A stretch of 62,978 nucleotides of DNA, filler included, from Octopus bimaculoides (lineage: Eukaryota), in NCBI RefSeq assembly GCF_001194135.2. It is 10 parts of 8 records of this genome, joined end to end, with 100 filler letters (N's around TTAATTAATTAA, not from the genome) between each part and the next. Parts side by side here need not be neighbours in the genome. Positions count along the whole stretch, not along the records: positions 1 to 12,713 come from NC_068981.1; positions 12,814 to 17,991 come from NW_026360346.1; 8 more parts are not named here. One strand, 5' to 3'. The notes below the pieces were generated by a model. It was not told where the DNA came from. It saw nothing but the letters and a program-made list of their open reading frames with translations, and searched no databases. The translations under genes and the position numbers were made by a program. Within the stretch, counting starts at the first letter, position 1. Each line of letters starts with the position of its first letter. This document shows positions 1 through 13,144 of this stretch, one piece after another.

Positions 1-136
1 TATATATATATATATATCAGTGTAAGCATGACTGCGAGCAGTTCGTTGCGCAGCAACAGCATTGTATAAATTGTTTTATAATGATAAATTTGAGGACATA
101 ATATCTTTTACCAGCTCAAACTGAATGTTACATGAA

Positions 137-385
137 AATCTGGAGGTTAAGCTTGAGTACATGCTGTATATTGAATATTTGACATTTCTGCAAGATCGGT
201 TAGATTTCAAGGATATTTTAAATGCTAACTTGCCTCTTTCAACGGTTCCTGCTTTGATGCCAGATAATCTGGAGGCTAAGCTTGAATACATGCTGCATGT
301 TTATCATTTGACTCTTCTGTAAAATCGGTTATATTTCAAGGCTATTTTAAATGTTAACTTGCATCTTCCAACAATTCTTGTTTCA
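137..385. repeat. Two-copy 129-bp diverged tandem duplication
   Basis: AATCTGGAGG(T/C)TAAGCTTGA starts at 137 and 266. The copies stay alignable for about 120 bp, with many non-synonymous differences and a stop in copy 2. Confidence 0.85.
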
Positions 386-1008
386 AGCTACGGTGTGTTG
401 AAATTGTGACAATTGCAAACATACCATTGATCAGATATTAAACTAGATTAGACCAGAATGTTGGCAACGATCGATAACCAATCGTCCTCTACAATTAATC
501 CTCACGTGAGTGTCCATATTTTTCCAAATACTTGATGAAGGCGTTATCATGTTTAAAAGGGACATACCCCAAATCAGAGAAATGTGTAAGATAATCGTAG
601 CAAGAACTGAAAACTTTTTATTTATGGGAAAAGAAAGTAGCGCAAATATGTCCGAACCATTTCGATTGAAATAAGTGTTCTTGCTGCCACGAGCAAATAC
701 AAGCCACAACAACATATGCAGCATCGGAAAGAGCGATTACAGTTTGCGGATTAAGAGAAGCTACTTCAACAACAATAGTAACTTCGCATGAAAGTTAACA
801 AAGTAAATATTTGTCGAAAGATGAAAGTCAAGAATTAATTTGAACATACGCATCCTTTGAAACTAATGATCTAAACAAGAGAATGCAAACATTATCATTA
901 TCACATGACGGACAGGTTAACATAAGACAAACAATTATGACCAAAAAATGGCTTGAATGTGATTCTCTCTGCCCAAATCGTGGAAGCACAACTGAGAGCA
1001 GCATTTCC

Positions 1009-1011
<3 letters not shown>

Positions 1012-1089
<78 letters not shown>
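1012..1089. repeat. Compound (CA)n(TA)n microsatellite, representative of dozens of CA/TA/GATA/CAT/TAA tracts in the window
   Basis: Seen directly in the sequence. Confidence 0.98.
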
Positions 1090-1091
<2 letters not shown>

Positions 1092-1616
1092 TTGTACATA
1101 AAAACATCTTTCCTAATATTACTGAAGAGCATACTAATCCAACAGGTAGCAGTGTACGGACAGTAATTCGAAAATTAGGATTAAAGCTGAGATAGACTGC
1201 AATAAAGCTGATCTCCCTAGCAGAATCAACCAGGCTTATGGTTCTGCTCAAAAGAAAATAAGATATGTTGATGTGTTGGCTTCCCAAGTATATGTTATTT
1301 GCCAACCTTAGAATAGATGGAAGCGCACAAAATTGCACGAGCTGTGTAGGATTTGAATGCTAATTAATTCCATCATATGCTACACTGTGTAGATTGGGGT
1401 GACACCATACCTAGCATACCTGTTAATATGACTGAAATATAACAGTTTAAATTTTGTGGTAGTGTCAATTCTCTTATCAGGTAGACTTAGTTTGTATAAT
1501 AGTTATGAGATCCTTTATCATGATATATTAGTAAACGGTGCACTGCCGATTTTTGGGAAACCAAGATAAATTTCATATTTTTTAAACTGTATATACTCCC
1601 TATTGTATTTCTACAG

Positions 1617-1718
1617 TTATTACATAAATTGTTTAATCAGTGTAAAGTACATCTGACACGTGTTAGGACAGAGGAAGACCATCATTACATATGCGAAGAT
1701 ACCATTGAATCAATTCCA
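1617..1718 (+). CDS. Candidate internal exon (phase 0/0), LLHKLFNQCKVHLTRVRTEEDHHYICEDTIESIP, product unknown
   Basis: Pyrimidine-rich acceptor CCCTATTGTATTTCTACAG| and donor CA|GTGAGG; only one frame is open. No homology recognised. Confidence 0.2.
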
Positions 1719-1736
1719 GTGAGGACACACACACAC

Positions 1737-1783
<47 letters not shown>

Positions 1784-2125
1784 CACACAAACACGCACAC
1801 ACAAGTACGAAGTTACGCATGTATTCATACTTGCATGTATGATGTATGTACGTGTGTGTGTGCATATGGTGTGTTATTCAATTATACTGGTCATAAAGAA
1901 ATACACACGCAAATATAGGCACAAAGTGAAGAGCAGCGTGATAGATAAATATAGAAGTAATTACACCAACACTAAAACTAGTGAACACTTCAAAAAGTGC
2001 ATGAAAAAACAATAGGCACATTTTGAAGGCGATGGTGTACGTATATTAAAAATGTAATTACATTTGGGATGCGAAGAAATACACAAAGCTAAAACCGAGA
2101 ATACCTACAGTGCAATATTTCGCAG

Positions 2126-2195
2126 ACAATATGATTTAATGGAAAGAGAAGTATTGGCGCCTTGGAGGGCATCAACATTCGGCCAAATTTATTAC
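2126..2195 (+). CDS. Candidate exon (phase 2/0), QYDLMEREVLAPWRASTFGQIYY, product unknown
   Basis: Acceptor TATTTCGCAG| and strong donor AC|GTGAGT; one open frame. Its phase does not join the 1617-1718 candidate directly. Confidence 0.2.
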
Positions 2196-2455
2196 GTGAG
2201 TAAAATAGATGTACATTTCTTGTATTTTGTTGGCAATAAAGGCAAAGAAATATTGAGTTATAAGGCGATATCAAATAGATTATTTCGAAAACGAGATATA
2301 GCAACAATTCAAATACCAGTTGAATAAAAGAATACAGAAAGAAGAAATGCAAAATGTGTTCTACGTAGTGGTTAAAAACAGATAGCTATAAGGCATAAAC
2401 CCCAGTGAAATATGAAAATCATCGCCCGATTTAGGAGGCTTTCTGCAGAAAGATA

Positions 2456-2521
<66 letters not shown>

Positions 2522-2874
2522 NNNNNNNNNNNNNNNNNNNNNNNNNNNNNNNNNNNNNNNNNNNNNNNNNNNNNNNNNNNNNNNNNNNNNNNNNNNNNNN
2601 NNNNNNNNNNNNNNNNNNNNNNNNNNNNNNNNNNNNNNNNNNNNNNNNNNNNNNNNNNNNNNNNNNNNNNNNNNNNNNNNNNNNNNNNNNNNNNNNNNNN
2701 NNNNNNNNNNNNNNNNNNNNNNNNNNNNNNNNNNNNNNNNNNNNNNNNNNNNNNNNNNNNNNNNNNNNNNNNNNNNNNNNNNNNNNNNNNNNNNNNNNNN
2801 NNNNNNNNNNNNNNNNNNNNNNNNNNNNNNNNNNNNNNNNNNNNNNNNNNNNNNNNNNNNNNNNNNNNNNNNNN

Positions 2875-3150
2875 CGAGGTCTTTTTCTTTCTTTTGTTAC
2901 CTTTTCTATCAATATATATATATATATATATATATACATTACATCATTTAGGATTAGATAGGAAGTTCTTTTTATGGTCTTTGATTGTTATAAATGCCTC
3001 TTTTTTGGGGAGGACCTCTATTTTTTTTATCAAGTTTAAGTCTGGTGGTGATATTGCTACAAATAAATTCCTCTATTTACATAATATCGAGGTCTTTTTC
3101 TTTCTTTTGTTACCTTTTCTATCAATATATATATATATATATATATATAT
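2875..3150 (-). mobile_element. Penelope-like element fragment (region N-terminal to the RT core) in a ~213-bp tandem duplication ending in (TA)n
   Basis: The minus strand reads ...NITTRLKLDK/IEVLPKKEAFITIKDHKKNFLSNPK*C with one frameshift in an A-run. This matches the ITLKDHKDNF..PK motif of the PLE at 31914-33641. CGAGGTCTTTTTC recurs at 2875 and 3088. Confidence 0.75.
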
Positions 3151-3734
3151 TGAGAGATAGAGGGAGAGAGTTGTCTGTGTATGTGTGTGCATCATATATA
3201 TTAGGTCGTCATGTATGTAATTTGTAGTAAGGTATATGGTAAAAATTGGCAGCTTCTCATTTGGCACTATTAATATATTTTGACAATCATTATTTTTATT
3301 AGAAAGCTGAAACATCTATTTCTTTATTATAACTCATTTTGTGACTTATAAAGTATTTATAAATCGTTTTTGAGTCGTGGAATAGCACCTGCTCACTGTT
3401 ATTGATAGTATATGGTCAACATTTTACCTTCATTATCTCACATTAGCGAAGAAGACGAAGTTATGTCAAACTTCATGTGACTCTCTACGAGACGCTGCAG
3501 TTGATCAACCCACACACATATATATGAAAAGAATAAAATGTATGTTGCAGATATTATTAGGTAAGTGGAGAGTTATTTGAAATAGCTGAAAGTCTGTTTT
3601 TTTTTTCTAATGTAAACGCCTGTAAACGCATCCGTTATAGGTGTTGACCAGTGTGAGTGTGTGGAAAAAGGATAAATAGTTGTTTGTCTGGTCAAAGAGA
3701 GCAGAAAGTGTTCCCGTTTTTTATTGGGAAATGA

Positions 3735-3774
<40 letters not shown>

Positions 3775-5456
3775 TATTTATACCGAAATATACGCCCTCC
3801 CACGTATATATGCGTATATAAATATGTGTGTGTGTGTTTGCATAGACATGCATACATTCGTTGTATATGTATACTCCTGTTCATGTGTGTAGTTATTTTC
3901 GAGTGACTATGTGTGGAACGGGATGCGCGTGTAATTTTTCGCAGTGTATATATGATTGCAGCTGTGTATACGTCTGGTTTAATGGGGGCGAAATTGTCAA
4001 CTTTAGCAGGCAAATTGTAAAGAGAGTGAAAATATATGACGGTAAAAGAATGTATAACTATATATATTTATGTTTGCTTGTTTACAAAGGCACAATGGCA
4101 TAATAAATTCACTTACAAAGGCACAATGACATACTAAATTCATACTAAATTCACTAAATTCATAGGATATAGTGAGCGGAAAATGAAATGGCTTTCTCTA
4201 ATAAAATAAAACTGATTGATAAGCGGTGTAAAAAAAGCAACAGAATCTCTCGAACCTTCCATAACGTTCATGAAATTGGAGAACTATTATTTCAAAGTTT
4301 CAGCTATCAATATCACACTTAGTAATTAAATCAGGAAAACGTCAATATGTATTGATTGTTGTTTTGTTTTCTTTTCCCTTTTAAAATATCTGATGAAATA
4401 TTTGATAATTCCCATTACTGCGACATATACGTGTATTCATAATTTGGAACTTGCTATTGAAACGCCCCTTTCACTGTATGAAGAAGGGGAGCAGATCAAA
4501 TACGTTGAATATATGGTTGAATATTAAATAAAGATAACTACATAGAGTGGATCATGTTCTATTATATGCGTTTCCAATATAAAGCGACAAAAGGTGCCAT
4601 TGTGTTGTTATCATGTTCTTTCGTACCGAGTTGTATCACTTGAAATGAAAATTGTTGCAGCAACAGACATGAGCTGCAAATTGACAATGATGTTATCTTG
4701 TTCGTGTCACTACGCAGCAGCGCCACAATTCTATGTTAAACATGTTTTCGTCTGTTTTCGATTTTAATAGGAACCCGTAAAGGAAGTTGCGGCGAACCAG
4801 TTTAACCATTGTAAATAAAACCCATACGGCACAGTACCGAAGGCAAGATTTCTATCTTCACATAGCCACCCACCACCAACAATAGTCCTGTCTTCATTTT
4901 GGGCCTCCTGTGGCACACTTTTCTGCTGAATGCCAGCATGTCATCTACCTTTAAACATGTAACACCTTGTCTCAAGTAGTGGACATTACTTCTGGAACAC
5001 ATAATAAGAGGAAATGGCACGAGCATTATAAGTCTACTTCAACGAAAGCATCACATACTATTCTGGAAAAGACAGTCACATTAGAAGTGCCAGTCTTCAT
5101 ACTCTTCTCGGATGATCTCCAGAATGTGATGTCAGTATTCTAGATCTTCAGAAAGCAAGGAAATTCAATGTAGGAAAACAAGGAAATTCAAGCGAAAAAT
5201 GTATAGACTCTTATTATTTTTCTTCATTTACTACATATTTCTAAACTGAACTTCATGCATTAACGAATTCACTTTGATAAACCTAACCTAACTGTAAATA
5301 TCAGATTTAGTAACAAGTAAGGAACGTTTTGAACCATGAAGGATTTGTATCGGATTTTTGCAGAGTTTTGAATTCTGTTTTTTTAAATATATCTGTTGCA
5401 GTTGTCAGATAATATAGAATTAGATATGCCCAAATGTGTCAATAAATTGACATTGA

Positions 5457-5670
5457 AAGGCGACGAGCTGGTAGGAACGTTAGCATACCGGGCGAAATGC
5501 TTAGCGGTATGTTGTCTGCCGTTGCGTTCCGAGTTTAAATTCCGCCGAGGCCGAATTTGCCATTCATCCTTTCGGAGTCGATAAATTAAGTACCAGTTGC
5601 ATAATGGAGTCAATCTAATCGACTTTCCCCTCCCCCAAAATTTCGAGCCTTGTGTCTAGAGTAGAAAATG
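5457..5670 (+). mobile_element. tRNA-derived SINE, family A (body GCCTTTCATCCTTTCGGGGTCGATAAA)
   Basis: Has A-box-like and B-box-like (GAGTTTAAATTCC) heads. Same body as the copies at 15793, 20335, 42397 and 51922. Confidence 0.85.
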
Positions 5671-7147
5671 ATAAATTAACATTAATATTTGTTAACTATT
5701 GTTACAATAATCTTTTTTGTTTGTACTTTGTTCGAAAGGTTAGTCAAGGTGCATTGAATTCTATTTGTTGTTAATTGTTGTGTCTTAAGACACTTGATTT
5801 TTGCTGCCGTACGGCAGTTTTTTTGACGATTTCCCTGTTGTTTGAAGGGGGAAACATGGTAAAATGTAGAGAATTAGCTACTCGTACTTGTCGTCGTCTG
5901 AGGAGGGGCTAATAAGTTAACTACATAAGATAAAAATACGGAAAAGAAGAATTTCGTAGAGGCGATGAGACAGGGAATTTAGAGGGAATTGAAAATAAAT
6001 TCAAGAAATTAGGTAAAGGAAAGGGAACGATATTAAGGAATCTCCTCCCAGGGAAACCACCGAAAAGGAGGCGAAAAGAACGGTGTTGTTCCATACGTCT
6101 TTCGAAATTCAAAATTTTTGCTGCGTCCTATTTCCCACATTGCACATGATAACTAAATATTTTTTATCAAAATGTAAAAGGAATACATGCCGTTGCGCTT
6201 ATTCAATTGCTTAATTAAACAATACTGAAAGGTGTGTAATAATTACTAGAGTACCATCAGATATGAATAAATACAGAAACAATTCACGTATGAAAAGTAT
6301 CAAATCTAAAAACGAAATATTCTTCAGGGTTAAACATCAATAATATAAAGTATATAATGTAAGTAAGAAATCCTTCATGAACGCCTTACTGTCTTATTAA
6401 AGAAAATAGTTCGTTATCATTATAAAATTTACTTGACTTGTAAAAATGGCGTTGCATATAACATATGATCATTATCATACAGACTGCCCGAAGACAACAG
6501 ATAATATGCCTAACATTACAGAATTCGCAATCGATATATGAATTATGGTTTTAATAATTGACATTGCAGTACGAAATGAATATAAATGTGTGCATTGTTA
6601 ATGAATTAACTGTATATGGGTGATAAATTTATATAATGGCTTAGAATAGCTAATGAATTAAATACAATATGGCAGGTAACGCACGATTCCCTTAAACTCT
6701 CAGTAATTAGTATTACCAGAATGATACAAAATCGCTTATGTAAAGATTCAGCATGTTACCGTAGCCACATTTTGAACAATAATAGTTTTAGGTAACGCAA
6801 ATTCAGTATACAATTTATTCACAAAGCAGTTGGTAATCTTTAACAAATGAATGCATGTCTCAAAAGTACAAATATGTTTACGATATATGGAAAGACTTTC
6901 TAAGTATATCTCTCATAGAATCGCTAACATATACCTTATGATATGAAGATGCCATCGAAATAGATAATTACTTGTATTGTAGCAAATGACTCTAAATATG
7001 TGGGTATATGTGTATGTGAGTGAATGTGTAATGTGTGTATGTACGTGCGCAGCCTGCTGGTGCACCTCCTTGTGGGGGTTTAGTGTTACGAATCGATTCA
7101 AAATCTTTAAATCCTGCTAATTCTTCTATGGTTTTTTTTCTTCTTTT

Positions 7148-7335
7148 GCTAGCTTGCTGAGTTAAGGGTACGTAAACACACTAACGCTGGTTGTCAAGCG
7201 GCGGTCCCGGACAAACACGCACGCACACGCACACACATACATACACATACACGCACAAACACACGTACATACACACACGCACGCAATAGACGGTTTTATT
7301 CCGTCTGAAAATACACTCACAAGGCTTCAAATGTG
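7148..7335 (-). mobile_element. SINE family B internal fragment
   Basis: Matches the CTTGACAACC...GTTTAC...AACTTAGC and AAGCCTTGTGAGTG segments of the copies at 19235 and 53069. Confidence 0.6.
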
Positions 7336-8054
7336 TCACTCAAAGGAACTGAACACCCAACTATGTGGGTGAGAAGAAAACATCTTTGTGCGTATATGTA
7401 TGTATGTATCGAACTGTACATAGATTTTATGCTGAAATATTAAGCTGCTAAAAGGATATAACTATATGTAGTTCTGTATATGACTTGTACGTTCCAAAAT
7501 GATATAAGGACACTAATATATGAAATTGATTTTATCATTATATCGCAAGTATAAAGTACAACTGGTAAAACAACAAATGAATTGTGAAGTAGCATTCGGT
7601 TCCCTGTCTCCAACGTTTGTGATTTCCGAAGTTTTCTTTCTATTTTGTTATTAATATTTAATAAAATATGCTACGAACCATTCAGTTATGTGCCTAAAGT
7701 TTCTGTTTGTGTTTCAATCCTTATAGAACTATCAAAAGGTATAATAATGAATTGAATCCCCTAGCAACGTCGTACAAATTAGATAAATATAAGAAATATT
7801 TCATCATAAAACTATGGAAGAACATTTGCAACAATAATGATAGCGCTACAGACAGATCATTTTAAAATTGTACATTCACGAAAGTGTTTCTTTTCTAATC
7901 ATATCACTTGGATCAATAAAACATGTATCGTCAACACAACACAAGCGATTGATTTCCTGTTAAATACAATTCCTCTAAGGACATTTAGTTTCCTACGAGA
8001 ACAAAGGATAATGTCGTGACGTTATTGTGGCTATTTTTCATATTAATTTTATAG

Positions 8055-8153
8055 AATACCTGCTTCATCAGAGATTTTACGAATAAAAAAGATGAGGTTC
8101 CTAAATGTCATCAAAAATGAAACTATTACTATTGATCTTTATAAAGATCTCTG
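8055..8153 (+). CDS. Candidate exon (phase 2/2), IPASSEILRIKKMRFLNVIKNETITIDLYKDL
   Basis: Acceptor TTTTTCATATTAATTTTATAG| and donor TG|GTATTC; 99 nt, open, and joins 8659-8720 in frame. Confidence 0.25.
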
Positions 8154-8658
8154 GTATTCGTAAAGTTCACAGAAACTAATTGCATGTTCTACATGTTTAA
8201 AAATAATGATTATTTCTGAATGAAATTCAGAAATTTAATACAAAGGGTATTTGATATATATANNNNNNNNNNNNNNNNNNNNNNNNNNNNNNNNNNNNNN
8301 NNNNNNNNNNNNNNNNNNNNNNNNNNNNNNNNNNNNNNNNNNNNNNNNNNNNNNNNNNNNNNNNNNNNNNNNNNNNNNNNNATATAATATAATATCATGT
8401 ATTTAGAATTTTGATAAGCTGAATAAGATCCACCTAAAATTTAAATTTCTAACGTCGAATGCAAAGAAATAAGTACTATAATTTGTCACAGGTACTTGGT
8501 ATGCTTTAAGTACAATCTACGAGGCGTGATAGTCATTTTCACGAGTCAGAATTTCCTATATTTCTGAGTATATATTACTTATTTGTTTATTTTGTAAATA
8601 AATTCTATGCTTTACTTGTTTCGTTATACAACCTCGTATCATTCTCTCTTGACGTCAG

Positions 8659-8720
8659 TGCATTTTACGAGCATATTTGTCAAGCTTTCCCTGACATGGT
8701 CACTGAATGCACAGAAACAG
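8659..8720 (+). CDS. Candidate exon (phase 2/1), CAFYEHICQAFPDMVTECTET
   Basis: Acceptor TCATTCTCTCTTGACGTCAG| and donor AG|GTATTT; phase-compatible with 8055-8153. Confidence 0.25.
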
Positions 8721-10557
8721 GTATTTTCTCCTCCGTTCACAATCTAGCTATATATTTAAATAAAAAATAGACATTTCTCATTATTTATCCTGTCTTTATC
8801 TTTCGTTCTGTCCATTCCTCATGCTGTCTCAGAGGGATCTAGCTCATCCAGCTATATACAATCTATGGTCAAATATTTTATATTTATCTTTTCTCTTTTC
8901 AATTCTGCTTTTATTTTGTCCCATCTCACAACCAACAATGCTTGTTATTTTCTTCCTAAGTCTCATAGACCTATCTTATTTATCGCCTCATTTTCTCGGT
9001 AGCCTTGTAAATATGCAGCCAAATGTCAATGAAATGTTGTACGATTAAATCAATTTCTACAGTTGCAATGAATTTAACCTCATTGCAAGTATTGATGCGA
9101 CCGAACTTCTCCAGATCTAAAGTCTTGTAAGATAATACCGAAAAAAGTCTCAACAGTTAAAACTACTTTCTGAATCTTAATGAAGTTTGTAACCACAAAC
9201 CTGGAAACAGTGTTCATGCAATTTGTGTAGTGCTTTAACTAAAGCGGTATAGCAGCAATATAAAAAAAGCCAAAATCTTGCCTGTCTCAGCATCATATTA
9301 ATTTTCTGTCATATGTTTTGATAATAATTATCTTTTGAGAATGAAATTAATAATTTGTAATCAAAATCGAAATGTGAGTATGATTTTAAAATTATGTAAT
9401 ACATGTCTCGTGATAGAGATAATTTGCTGTTTGCTAATACATGGGTGCATTCTACACTAAACATTAAACATGTGTTTATGCTTCTATAAAGATAATAAGA
9501 ATAAATGGAAATATTTCTAGATAACTGGACTTCATTAAATCCGAGCAACACTATCAATTGAATTGTAATTGATTATTTAATGCACATGTCTTAAGAGCTT
9601 CGCGTCCGTTTTGTAAGTACACATTAAAAATATTAAAGCTCTAATGATAACATAAACACGTATTAATCTAATCAACACCTTCTTTAAAGTTTTAGAACTA
9701 GAAATAAACACTAAACACATTATGATACTATTGTCGAATGGTGCTAAAATATCAGGAGAGAAATTGTGGTTTAAAAGGGAGATAGAAGCTATGTATTTCA
9801 CATGTTCCTCTTATTGAATGTAATCAGAGCAAATAACATGTTAAATCAAGCGTATTTAAAATTCAAGTGAAATTGATAAATTCTTTTAAAACTTTATGTG
9901 AGTTAACGCGGAGATAGTATTAGTTTATGATAATTTGCATGGTGAATTGCATTCTTTGTCATTGAAGCTGTGACGTAAATGTTATTGGGATTATAATTAT
10001 ACTACAAATAACATTATTTCACATATGCAAAACGTTTAACATTTTGGTTCCGTGGTAATAAAAAGCATGGTACTTGACAGAATGTGCAATTTCACTAATA
10101 AGATTGTAGTCATCACGCATTCTATTATTGAAAGGCAATGCTTCACAGCACGCAGAACTTAGATGACACAGGCAAAATTAAATATTGTTGGCCTAAAAGG
10201 CAATATTTCCTAATTTCTACTTTGACATCATCATCATTACTTGTTCCACAAAGACACTAAATCTAAGTTGCACGGAGGGAGTGTCAATTGATATATTTAT
10301 ATAGAGCAGTCATCACATTCTCTTCCATATCGGCTAAGTGTGATGAAAGTAAGGTTATATAATCGGATTGTTACCTAACATTTCATTGTACCCGTAGCGC
10401 GAAACCAATTGATAAGACCAGCCGTAATGGATATATAATACTGTACAATTCGGATAAAATACTGCAAAATCGAAGAAGTCTGGCATAAATTATTTCTAAG
10501 AGACGTTTGCACATTCATACTTCAGATTAAGGTATAGTTGTATGATAAGAAGTATGA

Positions 10558-10705
10558 TTTCCAGTCACACAGTTTCGTGTTCAGCCGCACTACGTTGCAC
10601 TACGTTGCACTACGTTGCACTACGTTGCACCTTGTTCAAGTAAGTGTTTGCTACCTTAGGCTCGGACAGACGACACATTTGCTAGTGGATTTGGTAGACA
10701 GAATC
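10558..10705 (+). mobile_element. SINE family B 5' part with an internal (GCACTACGTT)x4.5 expansion
   Basis: TTCCAGTCACACAGTTTCGTGTTCAG...GCACCTTG...GTGGATTTGGTAGAC matches the family B head. The 10-bp repeat is at 10587-10631. Confidence 0.65.
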
Positions 10706-11094
10706 CGCCGGGTGGATACTCGTGCACCTGTTCGAACCACGTCGATTTTATATAAGGAGTGAGCTAATGAACAGCACGAACATTTGATCACTATAAACAA
10801 ACCATTTGTGCAGGTCTTTCGGCAACAGCTGAACGCTCATACGTCGTCTTCGACGGGAGAGTCCATCATCATATATATTATATGTGTGTATGTGTGAGTG
10901 TGTGTGTATGTGTGTGTGGATATGTACGCGTGAATATGTGTGTGAATATGTACGCGTGGATATATAATTTTCTATATGAGATGCGGCAAATTATTCAGGA
11001 GTAACTGAGTCATAGTTATCAGATAGTTCTTTCTCTCTCACAACTGGGTGACTAACAAGCACGATTGTACAACCATTACTTGAATTCTGGCACT

Positions 11095-11520
11095 TACTTC
11101 TGTTATTTTATCGTAGTTGGAACTCTGCCTTAAATGGTTTTCATTTGATGAAATCCAACCCTTTACACATTTCTTATTTCTGAAGTCTGGAATTTATTCT
11201 ATTGTTTCATTTTCCCACACCACGAAGTTAATGGCATGGATATTAACGAAACATGTTTATCCAGCAGTAGGTGAGGACAAAGACATTTACATACACGCAT
11301 ACATACATACGTATATGCAGACATACATACATACATACATACATACATGTGTGCATGTCCGATTTCTACGCCGTTTTGGGTAACCAAAGTGACTCACAAT
11401 GCATAGGTCGCCCCAAGGCTGCAGGAGAAAACGCCTATGCAACATCCCACGCAGTGAAACAGAATTCAAAACCACGTTGTTGCCAAGCGACCTCCTTAAG
11501 CACCTGCCATGCTTGCATCT
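11095..11520 (-). mobile_element. SINE family B, diverged near-full copy with internal (TACA)n
   Basis: The reverse complement aligns to the 53069-53433 head, internal microsatellite and 3' part. Confidence 0.65.
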
Positions 11521-12675
11521 AAGTCATTATCCTCGGTGGGAAAAAAGTCACCTTAATGAAATATATTTAGCCAAGGCAAAGAAGATAATGATTATTTGTG
11601 TATATAAAATTTGCATATATAAAATTGATGGTATAACGACATTGAAATCAGAATAAAATGTGAAAGTATATGAATGATATGGGGCAGATTTTAGTTCAAT
11701 AAGTCAGAGAACTAAACGTGCCATGTAAAAATATGTTGGCTGTCAGATAAATATGTCCTGTAAAAGGTTACGTACGATATAATATTTACAGTAAATGGCT
11801 TCCGGTCGATAAAATGCATAATACTTAGTTTTGTATTTGTTTAGAAATTCAAAAGTGAGCGGTTGGTGATTTCCTTGTTTAAAAAGTAAGAGTAATTATA
11901 TCATGAGTTGTTCAATATGTGAGTGACGCCTTTATGCGGAAGAGAGAAAGAATGAAAATATAAAAGTATGGCACCTGCATTAGAAATGTATTTGCTTATT
12001 ACTAAGAGCAGCAAACTTATTCATGTGCAAAACTAATATTTACAAGAAAGATATCTGAACGTTGGGATACACCGGAATTTATGTAAAAGGGGTTCAAAAG
12101 AACATAGCAAACGATAGAACAATTTGACTTTGTTGCGAGTTTCGCTCAATGATTAAACATAAATAAATTGTTTCATTATGTCTACTCGAGAGGGACCGTC
12201 CTGCAATTCTATACGATACAAAACGAACCAACCAGCCAGGCTGCCAGCGAACGAACCTCCATCCATTCATCCATCCATCCATCCATCGTTCCATTCATCC
12301 ATTCAGCCAGCCAAGCAGCCAAAGACAAATATATACGATCAGAAGAAAAATGTGTGGGTAATAAAATATACTATCTATTCTATCATTTCGCTTGCATCTT
12401 CATACATGCAAGGGAATATGTTACTTATAGATATGTCGATCGATGTTATAATTTCAGATTTGTAATCCAGACAATGCAACAGAGAATGTTCCAGCAATTG
12501 ATATAAATAATATAAGGTTCGACTGGTATTATTTTCTGTTAAGCCGCGATTAATAAACAACATTGCACATATGTAACCGATACATTCGGCTAATTTTCTC
12601 ATCTGTCAACATAAAAATGTAGTTATTAATCTTACTGCACCTAAATCTATTATTATGAGATCATACATACATACA

Positions 12676-12713
<38 letters not shown>

Positions 12714-12757
12714 NNNNNNNNNNNNNNNNNNNNNNNNNNNNNNNNNNNNNNNNNNNN

Positions 12758-12769
12758 TTAATTAATTAA
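12758..12769. other. Artificial gap spacer TTAATTAATTAA (also at 18036, 24698, 29637, 37760, 45935, 48399, 56431, 58920)
   Basis: The identical 12-mer sits in the middle of nine 100-base N gaps and has stops in all six frames. Confidence 0.95.
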
Positions 12770-13144
12770 NNNNNNNNNNNNNNNNNNNNNNNNNNNNNNN
12801 NNNNNNNNNNNNNGAACTCCAGATTTTTATGTTACCGGAATAAACAAACTTGTAACTCATTGGTAAAAATGTATTGATTGTAATGGTACTGGCTTTGATG
12901 AATAAAATTTCCACATTGTTGAAATATATTGTGATGAATTTCATGTTTCAAAATATTGCCTACTTTTTACTCAGCCTGGTAGTTGATGAAACTCCAAATT
13001 CAATTGGCAAATGCAATATATATAACTGTTAACTTCTTTTTCTGTTCGAAGACAGTGTATATTAAACGAAAAGTTTACATTCCTTGTAAACAATATGTTT
13101 AGCTTTGGCTAAAAATTCAATTAACTGTTCTATACTACATTTTA

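Noticed and set aside
640-800. Transposase-like words (HRKERLQFA; ATTTYAASERA; ICPNHF)
   Set aside because: They fall in different frames and suggest different superfamilies, with no supporting TIR or further motifs.
901-1338. GPCR TM6-TM7-like ORF (QFCALPSI...AVYLSFNPNFR)
   Set aside because: A stop lies 7 codons upstream, no earlier helices are found in any frame, and the ORF runs into a microsatellite.
4802-5026. Kelch-like LLVVGGY ORF
   Set aside because: A single short motif with no downstream Y/W kelch pattern or repeat.
12758-12769. Recurrent TTAATTAATTAA motif as a biological signal
   Set aside because: It always sits in the centre of 100-base N gaps, so it is an assembly spacer.
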